Below the pieces are notes generated by a model. It saw only the letters and a program-made list of their open reading frames with translations, was not told where the DNA came from and did not search any database. The position numbers and the translations under genes were made by a program. From a virus (Duplodnaviria; Caudoviricetes): a stretch of 24,226 bases of DNA. Positions 17,319 through 24,226 of the stretch are shown piece after piece. Positions within the stretch are counted from its first letter, which is position 1, and each line of letters opens with the position of its first letter. Location: positions 1-24,226 of IMG/VR virus record IMGVR_UViG_3300038673_000869, one strand, 5' to 3'.

Positions 17319-17891
17319 TTACTGGATTCCTTTTTCGGTCATTTTGAGTTCGCCCAGGAACTCTTCGTTCTTTGACAGCCGATACTTGACATGGGCTTTC
17401 AGTCCGCCAAGGGTACAAACAGTGACTTTCCTTTCCTTGCATTCGGCAACCACATCTTCCAGCATTTCTTCCCAGGTACCACCCTTGGTAACAACCCCAT
17501 CAATGTATTGGGCAATTGAGCCTTCACGCTTGGGAAATTTTTTGGTGTCATCACCGGGAGCCTTTTCCTTTTTCGGGGCTTTTTCTTTCGGAGCCTTTGG
17601 TTCCTTTTCCTTTTTCACCTTTTTGGGAGCTTCCTCTTCCTCTTCCTCCAGGTCCTCAGGATCACCCTCTTCACCGAATTTTTCTTCCTCTTTTTCTTCC
17701 GGCCAGAAACCCAACTCTTTCAGGGTGTCCATGGATTCTTTGGAAATGTCATCCTCGATTGGATTGATCCATTCCGCAGCTTCTTTGAGTTTGGCGGTGA
17801 GGTCTTCTTTTTTAACTGCAACCACCTTGATTGGGGGTTCGAGGCCCATTACCTCATTCAGTTCTTTTGCACATGCGACTAATTTTTTCAT
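17319..17891 (-). CDS. Highly charged hypothetical protein with KEKAP-type repeats
   Basis: Two folded-looking domains joined by poly-E and KEK(E/A)PK repeats; preceded by its own AT-rich gap. Confidence 0.7.
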   Translation of the reverse strand: MKKLVACAKELNEVMGLEPPIKVVAVKKEDLTAKLKEAAEWINPIEDDISKESMDTLKELGFWPEEKEEEKFGEEGDPEDLEEEEEEAPKKVKKEKEPKAPKEKAPKKEKAPGDDTKKFPKREGSIAQYIDGVVTKGGTWEEMLEDVVAECKERKVTVCTLGGLKAHVKYRLSKNEEFLGELKMTEKGIQ

Positions 17892-17930
17892 TTCTTAAAA
17901 ATTTTTTGATTAATAAATTTGTTTACAGAA

Positions 17931-17940
17931 TATTATACAA
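17931..17940 (-). promoter_or_regulatory. Candidate promoter motif TTGTATAATA
   Basis: Contains TATAAT; matches the intergenic 10-mer at 7619 and 19067 at 9/10. Confidence 0.5.
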
Positions 17941-17968
17941 TCCTTTTTAAATTGGTTCAAACAAATTA

Positions 17969-18592
17969 TTACTGAATTCCACAAAGTTTGTGAATTTGTA
18001 AAGAGAGTCTCCATTTTGGGTGTTCCTTTATATAGGCAACACACCGATCAGTGGTTTTAGATTGATAATCCATACGCTCTTTTTCTTTACCAAGAAACAA
18101 TGGAGACAAAAAATAGTTATCAGCAAATGGCAGATCACCAATACTAGGAACTTGTTGTTCAATTTCAATGTTATTTACAGGGTACCGAAGTTCATTTACA
18201 GTTATTCCAGCAAGTGACTGTCTGAGTTTATCCACAGGTACCTTAGGACTACAAGCAATATAATCAAGACCCTTAGGAGGTGGGTTGGTTCCATTCATTT
18301 CAATTGCTTGCTTGTAATGATGACTCTTGAAAAACTGGACGATTTCATCCGTTAATTGTAAGGTTGGTTCCCCTCCTGTCCATACAATCCATTTACATGG
18401 ATACTTAGAAATTCTTTCTAAGATTTTTTCAAGTGTGTGTACCCTACCTGAAGCCCAATTGGTGTCACAATACCAGCAGGAAAGGTTACAACCAGATAAG
18501 CGTATAAATATACTGGGTGCACCTGTCCTTCCTCCTTCCCCTTGCAAAGAGTAAAAAATCTCCTTTACTCGCAACTCCGTTTTAGGGTTCAT
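17969..18592 (-). CDS. queE: 7-carboxy-7-deazaguanine synthase
   Basis: EIFYSLQGEG, FIRLSGCNLSCWYCDT, TGGEP, SPK, WRLSLQIHK; start reassigned to 18592. Confidence 0.95.
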   Translation of the reverse strand: MNPKTELRVKEIFYSLQGEGGRTGAPSIFIRLSGCNLSCWYCDTNWASGRVHTLEKILERISKYPCKWIVWTGGEPTLQLTDEIVQFFKSHHYKQAIEMNGTNPPPKGLDYIACSPKVPVDKLRQSLAGITVNELRYPVNNIEIEQQVPSIGDLPFADNYFLSPLFLGKEKERMDYQSKTTDRCVAYIKEHPKWRLSLQIHKLCGIQ

Positions 18593-18935
18593 ACCGACAC
18601 CTGGTTTTTGGAGTCTCACTCATTTCAATTGCTTTCAAAAGAGGAAAATCTTGCTTAAACAAATCAAACAAAATTTTACTCATATTTTCAACCGTTGGAC
18701 TACAATCAAACACATCATTCAAATGTCTATGATCTAAATGTTTATCAATCCATTGACCAATGCCTTTCAGTTCATTGTAATCCTCAACAAACCCAGTAGG
18801 AGTTAAAGTGTCTGAAGTCATAAAAACAGTGACTACATAGTTATGCCCATGTATCCTTGAGCAAGGATGATCATCTGCCAAACATAATAAATTGTGACTG
18901 GCAGAAAAGTGAAATTCTTTGCTTATTGTAAACAT
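18582..18935 (-). CDS. queD: 6-carboxy-5,6,7,8-tetrahydropterin synthase
   Basis: FSASH, CSRIHGHNY, LDHRHLND, PTVEN, SETPKT. Confidence 0.95.
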   Translation of the reverse strand: MFTISKEFHFSASHNLLCLADDHPCSRIHGHNYVVTVFMTSDTLTPTGFVEDYNELKGIGQWIDKHLDHRHLNDVFDCSPTVENMSKILFDLFKQDFPLLKAIEMSETPKTRCRYEP

Positions 18936-18958
18936 ATCTTGATAATTTAAGTGGCAAA

Positions 18959-19031
18959 TAAAAAAGGACGGAGGCTAAAACTACATTTTTGCAATTTACG
19001 GCATCTATATGTACCGCGGAGCCCCCGTCCT
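18959..19031 (-). terminator. 12-bp stem with 43-nt loop followed by a T tract (terminator/attenuator-like)
   Basis: Minus strand AGGACGGGGGCT...AGCCTCCGTCCT then TTTTT; arms 19020-19031 and 18965-18976. Confidence 0.45.
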
Positions 19032-19066
19032 ACGAACCCCCAACAAACCCTAAAAACTGGACAAAT

Positions 19067-19076
19067 TAATATACAA
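19067..19076 (-). promoter_or_regulatory. Candidate promoter motif TTGTATATTA upstream of queD
   Basis: Identical to 7619-7628. Confidence 0.45.
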
Positions 19077-19101
19077 ATTCTATTCATTACATTCATAAGA
19101 A

Positions 19102-20652
19102 TTAAAAATAACTTGATATGTATGGCAATCCTCTTGATAAATTTTGGAGTACATAACAAACATTTGTACTGTCAAAATAACCTTCTCGGACAACTAATTC
19201 GTTGATCCTCATGATTCCAATTTTCTTTTCTCTACTTTTCGGATCTTGATTAAGTCCATACATCGCTGTAACATGTGCGTACTTCCTTTTATCTTCCGAA
19301 AAGTTTTTCAACTTCAGTGTATTACTATCATAACTGGCGGCGTCCGCCTGGGTTACCGTCACTACCAATGCATGCCGATCTTGACTTAGGCTCCGTAAAT
19401 TTTTCCATATTTCATTTTGCTGGTGCCTAAATTCTAATTTAGTATCTGGAACCAATAGGTCTGCATAGTCAATCACAATAAGGTCGGCAATGAAATCATA
19501 TTGCTTTTCCCAAGTATCTAAAAGTACCTGAATTTGCTTAACAGATAAAGTATTATTAGGATGTGTGCTAAGCATTAATTGCCTGTGATTCTTGATAAAA
19601 TAGTTTTCAAATACCTGCTTCGCTTCAGTAACACCTAACGCTGGACCCGTATCCACTTTTTCAAGCCACACACTCCCCCATGGATAAGTTTGGTATTCTT
19701 TGCAATTCCAACAAGGGATGTAATCAGGATTGTTATCATACGCTTCCCGGAGTTGCTCAATGGTTAACTCCCTGCGAACTTGGTCCTCAGATAAATCTTG
19801 AAAAACACCAAACGAACATTCCCGTTCTTTCCGGTCACAGGTATTTCTTTGATTATGTACACAATCCCGCATAGGTTGAAATTGTATTCCACAATATTTA
19901 GGATTGTCAGATTTCTTTGCCAAATGCATACAAAACCTGCGTAATTGCTGACCTTCCGTCATATCTCCGGCTTGAAAAAATGCCACCCGTATACCTTGTC
20001 TAACGGCTCTGGTGACCATATCCATTAACCAATAAGATTTTCCTCTTTTTTCTGATGCCATTAAAGCAACAAACCCACCTCGAACCAATTGATGATTCCA
20101 AAAGGTACCTAATTGTTTAGGATACTTTATTAAAGGTTTTTGATTTTCAGCGAATGCTAACTCTACATTATCAAGAGCCTCAGGTGAACTAAAATCTACA
20201 GGTTTAGATACATTTTTTGGAAGTGGTTTGTAATTGGAAGCTAACCGTTCCGCTTCAATAATTTTGCCTTGAGATAATAAGGCTTTCACTTCATCACTAT
20301 GAAGATCTAAATGGCGTTCAGAAAAATAAGATATGGTTTGATCTGTCAAATAAGTACTATCCGCAGGATTCTTGATAAATTCGTCACTAAGATCTGGTAA
20401 GATATCCTCTTCAATTTCTTCCGCAATATCTTTTGGTAAGCCATTCTTTAATTTCTCGAAATAAATACCTTCTATGTTTTTGCCTGGAGCCTTATTGTAT
20501 TTATCAAAATACTCAATACACCAGGTGGATAATCTTTTAGCCATTACTGACTCAATTAACCGCACGGAATAAATTTCTCTGATTTGTTTTATGAAATCTG
20601 TGGAGGTAATTAATCCAATTACAATTCTCCGTTCAATACTTGAATCTGCCAT
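19102..20652 (-). CDS. dnaB: DnaB-like replicative helicase with Cys-rich insertion
   Basis: Walker A ASEKRGKS, Walker B LIVIDYAD, VTVTQA, SEDKRK; near the primase. Confidence 0.8.
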   Translation of the reverse strand: MADSSIERRIVIGLITSTDFIKQIREIYSVRLIESVMAKRLSTWCIEYFDKYNKAPGKNIEGIYFEKLKNGLPKDIAEEIEEDILPDLSDEFIKNPADSTYLTDQTISYFSERHLDLHSDEVKALLSQGKIIEAERLASNYKPLPKNVSKPVDFSSPEALDNVELAFAENQKPLIKYPKQLGTFWNHQLVRGGFVALMASEKRGKSYWLMDMVTRAVRQGIRVAFFQAGDMTEGQQLRRFCMHLAKKSDNPKYCGIQFQPMRDCVHNQRNTCDRKERECSFGVFQDLSEDQVRRELTIEQLREAYDNNPDYIPCWNCKEYQTYPWGSVWLEKVDTGPALGVTEAKQVFENYFIKNHRQLMLSTHPNNTLSVKQIQVLLDTWEKQYDFIADLIVIDYADLLVPDTKLEFRHQQNEIWKNLRSLSQDRHALVVTVTQADAASYDSNTLKLKNFSEDKRKYAHVTAMYGLNQDPKSREKKIGIMRINELVVREGYFDSTNVCYVLQNLSRGLPYISSYF

Positions 20653-20657
20653 ATGGA

Positions 20658-21551
20658 TTAATCTTCATAAAATTTACCTGACTTTGATTTGTAGTAACCT
20701 CCTTCTTGTAAATAATACCATTCCCCACCTTCCATAACTTTATCTGGCTTGCCTGCTGGTTTATCAAAATTTGGTCGTTTCATTTCTTCCGGGTTATCTA
20801 ACCACCTACTTTGATTTAGCCAAGTACTTGGGTGAGGAATAAATTGAATGTCTTTCCAACGTTCCGATTGTTTTTGGTGAATTATTGATGACTTAATTTG
20901 ACGCCAGGTAGGCCTATTATCTTTTCTGGTACAGATCCTATTCCATATTGTCAAGGCTTTGCCCTGATCTATTTTTCTTGGGTAGAGTTTCCAAAAGTCA
21001 GCAAATTTACTGGTTGTAATAAATCCATTGGTGGAGGGCTCTTCAGCAGGAAATATCTTTTTATCTTTAGTCTTATTATTATTTAATATTTTTAGTCCTT
21101 GGTGACCCACATCTGGAGTATCCACATCTAGATTTTCCACTTGTGGATCATCGGGGTTAATATAAATTTCAAGATTATGTTTTTCAAGAATGTTTAGATG
21201 GCTTTGAATCAAAAATTTACCAGGTGTGTCTGTGTATGCCCAAAAGGAACCTTTCCATATTTTTGTTTTTTTATCCCGATATCTAATTCGTAATAAATAT
21301 TTGGACTCTTCCAACTCTTGAATACCTGATCGAATTGCACTTTCACCTTCTATAGAAAATCTTTGTAATGTAGGTAAAAATGTAGACCAGCCATCTTTGT
21401 TTGATAATAAAAGGCATAGTATTCCTTTTGCTTTTAAAGAAAGATTTGGATTTCTTAGAAGTTCATTTGGAATTGTTGTAAAATTTTTAACAGTACCACA
21501 ATTAATTGAATCTGGTAAGTAAAATTTTTGATTATTTTTTGTTCTTTCCAT
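20658..21551 (-). CDS. Phage replication-initiator-like protein (N-terminal HTH)
   Basis: FTTIPNELLRNPNLSLKAKGIL...AIRSGIQELEESKYL; C-terminal FADFWKLYPRK and FIPHPSTWLNQSRWLD. Confidence 0.75.
   Translation of the reverse strand: MERTKNNQKFYLPDSINCGTVKNFTTIPNELLRNPNLSLKAKGILCLLLSNKDGWSTFLPTLQRFSIEGESAIRSGIQELEESKYLLRIRYRDKKTKIWKGSFWAYTDTPGKFLIQSHLNILEKHNLEIYINPDDPQVENLDVDTPDVGHQGLKILNNNKTKDKKIFPAEEPSTNGFITTSKFADFWKLYPRKIDQGKALTIWNRICTRKDNRPTWRQIKSSIIHQKQSERWKDIQFIPHPSTWLNQSRWLDNPEEMKRPNFDKPAGKPDKVMEGGEWYYLQEGGYYKSKSGKFYED
21107..21147. repeat. Three 11-nt iteron-like repeats with 15-nt period
   Basis: CCACATCTGGA (21107), CCACATCTAGA (21122), CCACTTGTGGA (21137); AT-rich tract at ~21052-21095. 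Confidence 0.6.
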
Positions 21552-21727
21552 AGTATTATTGATTAAAATAGGTTTGAGGTTTCAGTGGTACCCGCACCTA
21601 CTCCCCCAAACCTTTAAAGAAAGAAACTATCTTCGTTTACTGGTCGGGTACACCAATAAATTTCGTCCGTAAAAAGTTAAATATAAAATAAGAATTTTTA
21701 ACAAAAAAATTGTAAGGTAAATATTTT

Positions 21728-22636
21728 TTAAAAATTTTTTAATATATTATCAACCAACTTATTAGCATGCTCCTGAGATAAACTTCCTGGATCCCCAACA
21801 ATAGGAATATTCTCAGCACGTATTCCCCGGAACTTTAATTCAGCCACCAATTTCTTTGCCTCTTCTTGGGCTTGAGGGTCATCATCAAACATGACAGCCA
21901 CGGCAGTAAAGTTTTTGGCAATAACTCGCACCTGGGTGGGAGTAAATTTTATTCCAAATACACAAAAGGAAAAAGGACCCAATCGCCATACATCTGTTAC
22001 ACCTTCCACACATATTCCAATTCCTCCCCAGTATTCGGGTTTACCATAAATGATATGCTTAATATTTTCAAGTTCCCGGTCGGCTGGGCAGGCTAAATAC
22101 TTTCTCATATGTTTACCTGTTATGTCACGGCCCTGAAACGTGACCTGCTGCCCTTTCCAATAGATCGGAATAATTATCCTATGTGAGTAACTCATGCCGT
22201 CTAATTCGCTGACAGGCCCTGTACCGAGTAATCCCCAATCATGCTCTAAAGTATCAGGATCAAATCCACGATCAAAAAGATATTGTTTATGGCGTTTTGT
22301 CATTGGGCCAACACCGGAGGGCATCTTGTGGGCCTTTTTGCGAATGGTAACTTTTGGTGAAGTGGTATAAGTTGTGTATCCACCATAATTCTTGATAATC
22401 TGGTAGGTTTCCTGAGGATCAATATTCAATAATTTTCCAATTGTTTCCTTTATGGAATGGGAGCCACAGCGCCAACACAGGAAAAAATTGTCCTGCAAAT
22501 TATAACTGAGGTGATAGCCAAAGTTACCAAAACAAAAGGGACATTCTACATTGACCCAACCTGGGCGACAATGCTTGTGTCCCTCTGTTTTAAAGGTAAT
22601 GTTGTAGTCTTGATAAAATTTAAGGATATCCATCAA
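21728..22636 (-). CDS. DNA primase (zinc finger + TOPRIM)
   Basis: CPFC...CWRC, RIIIPI, FQGR, VEGVTD, FDDD, DPG. Confidence 0.88.
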   Translation of the reverse strand: MMDILKFYQDYNITFKTEGHKHCRPGWVNVECPFCFGNFGYHLSYNLQDNFFLCWRCGSHSIKETIGKLLNIDPQETYQIIKNYGGYTTYTTSPKVTIRKKAHKMPSGVGPMTKRHKQYLFDRGFDPDTLEHDWGLLGTGPVSELDGMSYSHRIIIPIYWKGQQVTFQGRDITGKHMRKYLACPADRELENIKHIIYGKPEYWGGIGICVEGVTDVWRLGPFSFCVFGIKFTPTQVRVIAKNFTAVAVMFDDDPQAQEEAKKLVAELKFRGIRAENIPIVGDPGSLSQEHANKLVDNILKNF

Positions 22637-23106
22637 TTGTATGCAAGATAAAGTTTCATTTCTTTCATCCCTCCCCAGATTCTTTCCCAGGTCCAGCCTT
22701 CTTCCCGGAGTAATTTGACAACTTTTCCTCTTGCAATTTTGGGAGGATAATTTGCCAAATCTTCAGGGCATAGTAAGATAAGCCTACTAATTAATTTACA
22801 ATCTGAGGGCATTTCATTAAGGAGGTCCTCAAACTTTTCGTGGAATTCAAAGACAGCATCGTTTTCATTGATATCCTGAGTCTTGGGCTGTCTTTGTTTT
22901 CCTTTGCAATAGTTTATTAAGCTCTGTTCCATATTCCTGTAGGCCCAATAAGAAAACTTTCCTTTGTTTTCATCGTATGTCTTTTGAACATACTCAACGT
23001 AGTTCATGAGGGCCACATCAAAAAGTTCCTCAAAATTAATACCGGTCGTATTGTGAAAGGACCAGGCCACTTTCCTAACTAAATTAATGTTTTTAAGGTT
23101 GTCCAT
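22633..23106 (-). CDS. Sigma-factor-like protein
   Basis: Region-2-like LVRKVAWSF...EELF...YDENKGKFSYWAY...LINY; helical C-terminus. Confidence 0.6.
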   Translation of the reverse strand: MDNLKNINLVRKVAWSFHNTTGINFEELFDVALMNYVEYVQKTYDENKGKFSYWAYRNMEQSLINYCKGKQRQPKTQDINENDAVFEFHEKFEDLLNEMPSDCKLISRLILLCPEDLANYPPKIARGKVVKLLREEGWTWERIWGGMKEMKLYLAYN

Positions 23107-23111
23107 TGGGC

Positions 23112-24226
23112 TTAGTTTTTCAAGTCATTAAAAAGATCTCCAGCTATTTGTTGCAATTCCATTTTCCTGCGCATGTCAATTTTCTGATCATTGGCAAAGG
23201 ATGTAATGCCTTGGGTTAATTTCCACAGGGTTGATTCCCCTTGGATTCCGTTCATTGGATTCCCACGCATGAGTATCTTGCCAATTTCATCCATTTCGTT
23301 TTTCAAGAGCCTACCGGTGGAAAACAGGGCTTTTAATTGGGTGTAAGGGTCCACTTCAATTTCACTGGCCGCTTTGATCTCCAGCATTCTGTCCCGGATA
23401 ACCTCAGCCTTGAAAAAGTTAGCGGTGAGGTCCTTGATAGCACTCGCAGTCGTCTCGCTGTCTAATTGATAGGTCCTCTGCGATAGTCCAAGGTCTGCAC
23501 TTAACTTAGCACCGAGGTGAACTTGGCGGAGAGCATTCTCGCGTACCAAGCCATTTAGGCAAACTCCTTGCATCATAAAACTACTCAAGGAAAGGGCTCC
23601 GTCACCATAATCGGAAGTCATAAGTCTTTGCCCGAACAACATCCAAATGGTACCATTTTTTGGTGTCTTAATTTCAATTGGATCAGGAATAAGACTCTCC
23701 ATCATAATCCGGGTGTCATCCATATATCCATCAGATAACTGAGCCCCTCCGGCATACACAGCGTCGAGGTGAGTATTGAAAATCATTTCCGAATCAAGCC
23801 TCCTATAATTGGAGGAAAGTACTCCTCTGATTTCATGGCCAATGGCACGAATGAGGACAGGATTACGATCAAGCCACATGTTATGGATATTTAAGATTTT
23901 TACTCCCAGGTCCCTTTGCCAGTCATCACCGTTTATCAAGGTGTTTAGGTAGGAAAAAGGAACTTGTAATTTTTCGGCTGTCTGCCGAATTGCGTGAGGG
24001 TGAATGGAATAATAAGCAGGAGCATTTGTTTCGGGAGTATTTAAAATTACATTTACAGATTTCAATCCTACAGGCCTTTCAAAATACATTGCAGGAGCAT
24101 TTCCTTTTTGAGCATTGCCTACCTCAAACAAAAAGTCTTTGGCAAGTTTATTTTCCTGTGTAAGTCGTTCGATTGCTTGGCTTGCACTTGTCATTCCGGA
24201 TTGTAGTTTGGAGGCTAATTTCCTTT
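23112..24226 (-). CDS. DUF932/DUF945-like conserved phage protein (5' end probably outside window)
   Basis: IRGVLSSNYRRLD, SDYGDGAL, VCLNGL, VHLG motifs; frame stays open upstream of Met 24194 to the window edge. Confidence 0.6.
   Translation of the reverse strand, partial: RKLASKLQSGMTSASQAIERLTQENKLAKDFLFEVGNAQKGNAPAMYFERPVGLKSVNVILNTPETNAPAYYSIHPHAIRQTAEKLQVPFSYLNTLINGDDWQRDLGVKILNIHNMWLDRNPVLIRAIGHEIRGVLSSNYRRLDSEMIFNTHLDAVYAGGAQLSDGYMDDTRIMMESLIPDPIEIKTPKNGTIWMLFGQRLMTSDYGDGALSLSSFMMQGVCLNGLVRENALRQVHLGAKLSADLGLSQRTYQLDSETTASAIKDLTANFFKAEVIRDRMLEIKAASEIEVDPYTQLKALFSTGRLLKNEMDEIGKILMRGNPMNGIQGESTLWKLTQGITSFANDQKIDMRRKMELQQIAGDLFNDLKN

Noticed and set aside
14598-18935. Host-type tRNA queuosine operon
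   Set aside because: No queA, queF or queG/H; the TGT-like protein lacks the tRNA-TGT zinc motif, and the context is phage DNA replication
19025-19045. GGTTCGTAG upstream of queD as a preQ1-I riboswitch
   Set aside because: No closing P1 stem and no downstream A-rich AAAAAAC tail; kept only as an unspecified structured leader
1875-19159. Nested minus-strand alternative-frame ORFs (1875-2141, 4197-4388, 4668-4877, 5061-5249, 8078-8365, 10352-10696, 13667-13903, 14738-14950, 15313-15513, 18947-19159)
   Set aside because: They overlap stronger genes or a structured intergenic region and show no motifs
65-22651. All plus-strand ORFs in the track (e.g. 1424-1849, 4272-4982, 4376-4996, 17344-17898)
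   Set aside because: They are antisense shadows of well-supported minus-strand genes; the Ser/Phe-rich translations mirror Glu/Lys codons
1-24226. Stop-codon reassignment
   Set aside because: Standard-code ORFs tile the strand densely, and TAA, TAG and TGA all end genes at plausible boundaries

Overview
A 24-kb piece of a dsDNA bacteriophage (or prophage) genome. Every credible gene is on the minus strand, most are translationally coupled, and no structural, lysis or integrase genes are visible. In the direction of transcription (right to left) the order is: (1) a DUF932-like protein, sigma-factor-like protein, primase, Rep-like initiator with internal iteron-like repeats, and DnaB-like helicase; (2) an ~8-kb 7-deazaguanine DNA-modification cluster (queD, queE, folE, a C-terminally shortened queC, dpdA-like transglycosylase) interleaved with an SDR, a radical SAM enzyme, a PIG-L deacetylase and a GT-B glycosyltransferase, which suggests an undescribed, possibly sugar-bearing hypermodified guanine; (3) a beta-clamp, split family A polymerase (UDG-like+exonuclease and polymerase halves), DnaX-like loader, UvsY-like protein, gp32-like SSB, RecA, RuvC-like resolvase and a half Rad50/SbcC; (4) a small-ORF accessory region with a 248-bp-period gene duplication and an integron-attC-like hairpin, whose loop contains the start codon of a gene bracketed by perfectly complementary 10-bp core sites. 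All product calls come from motif recognition by eye; no database searches were run.
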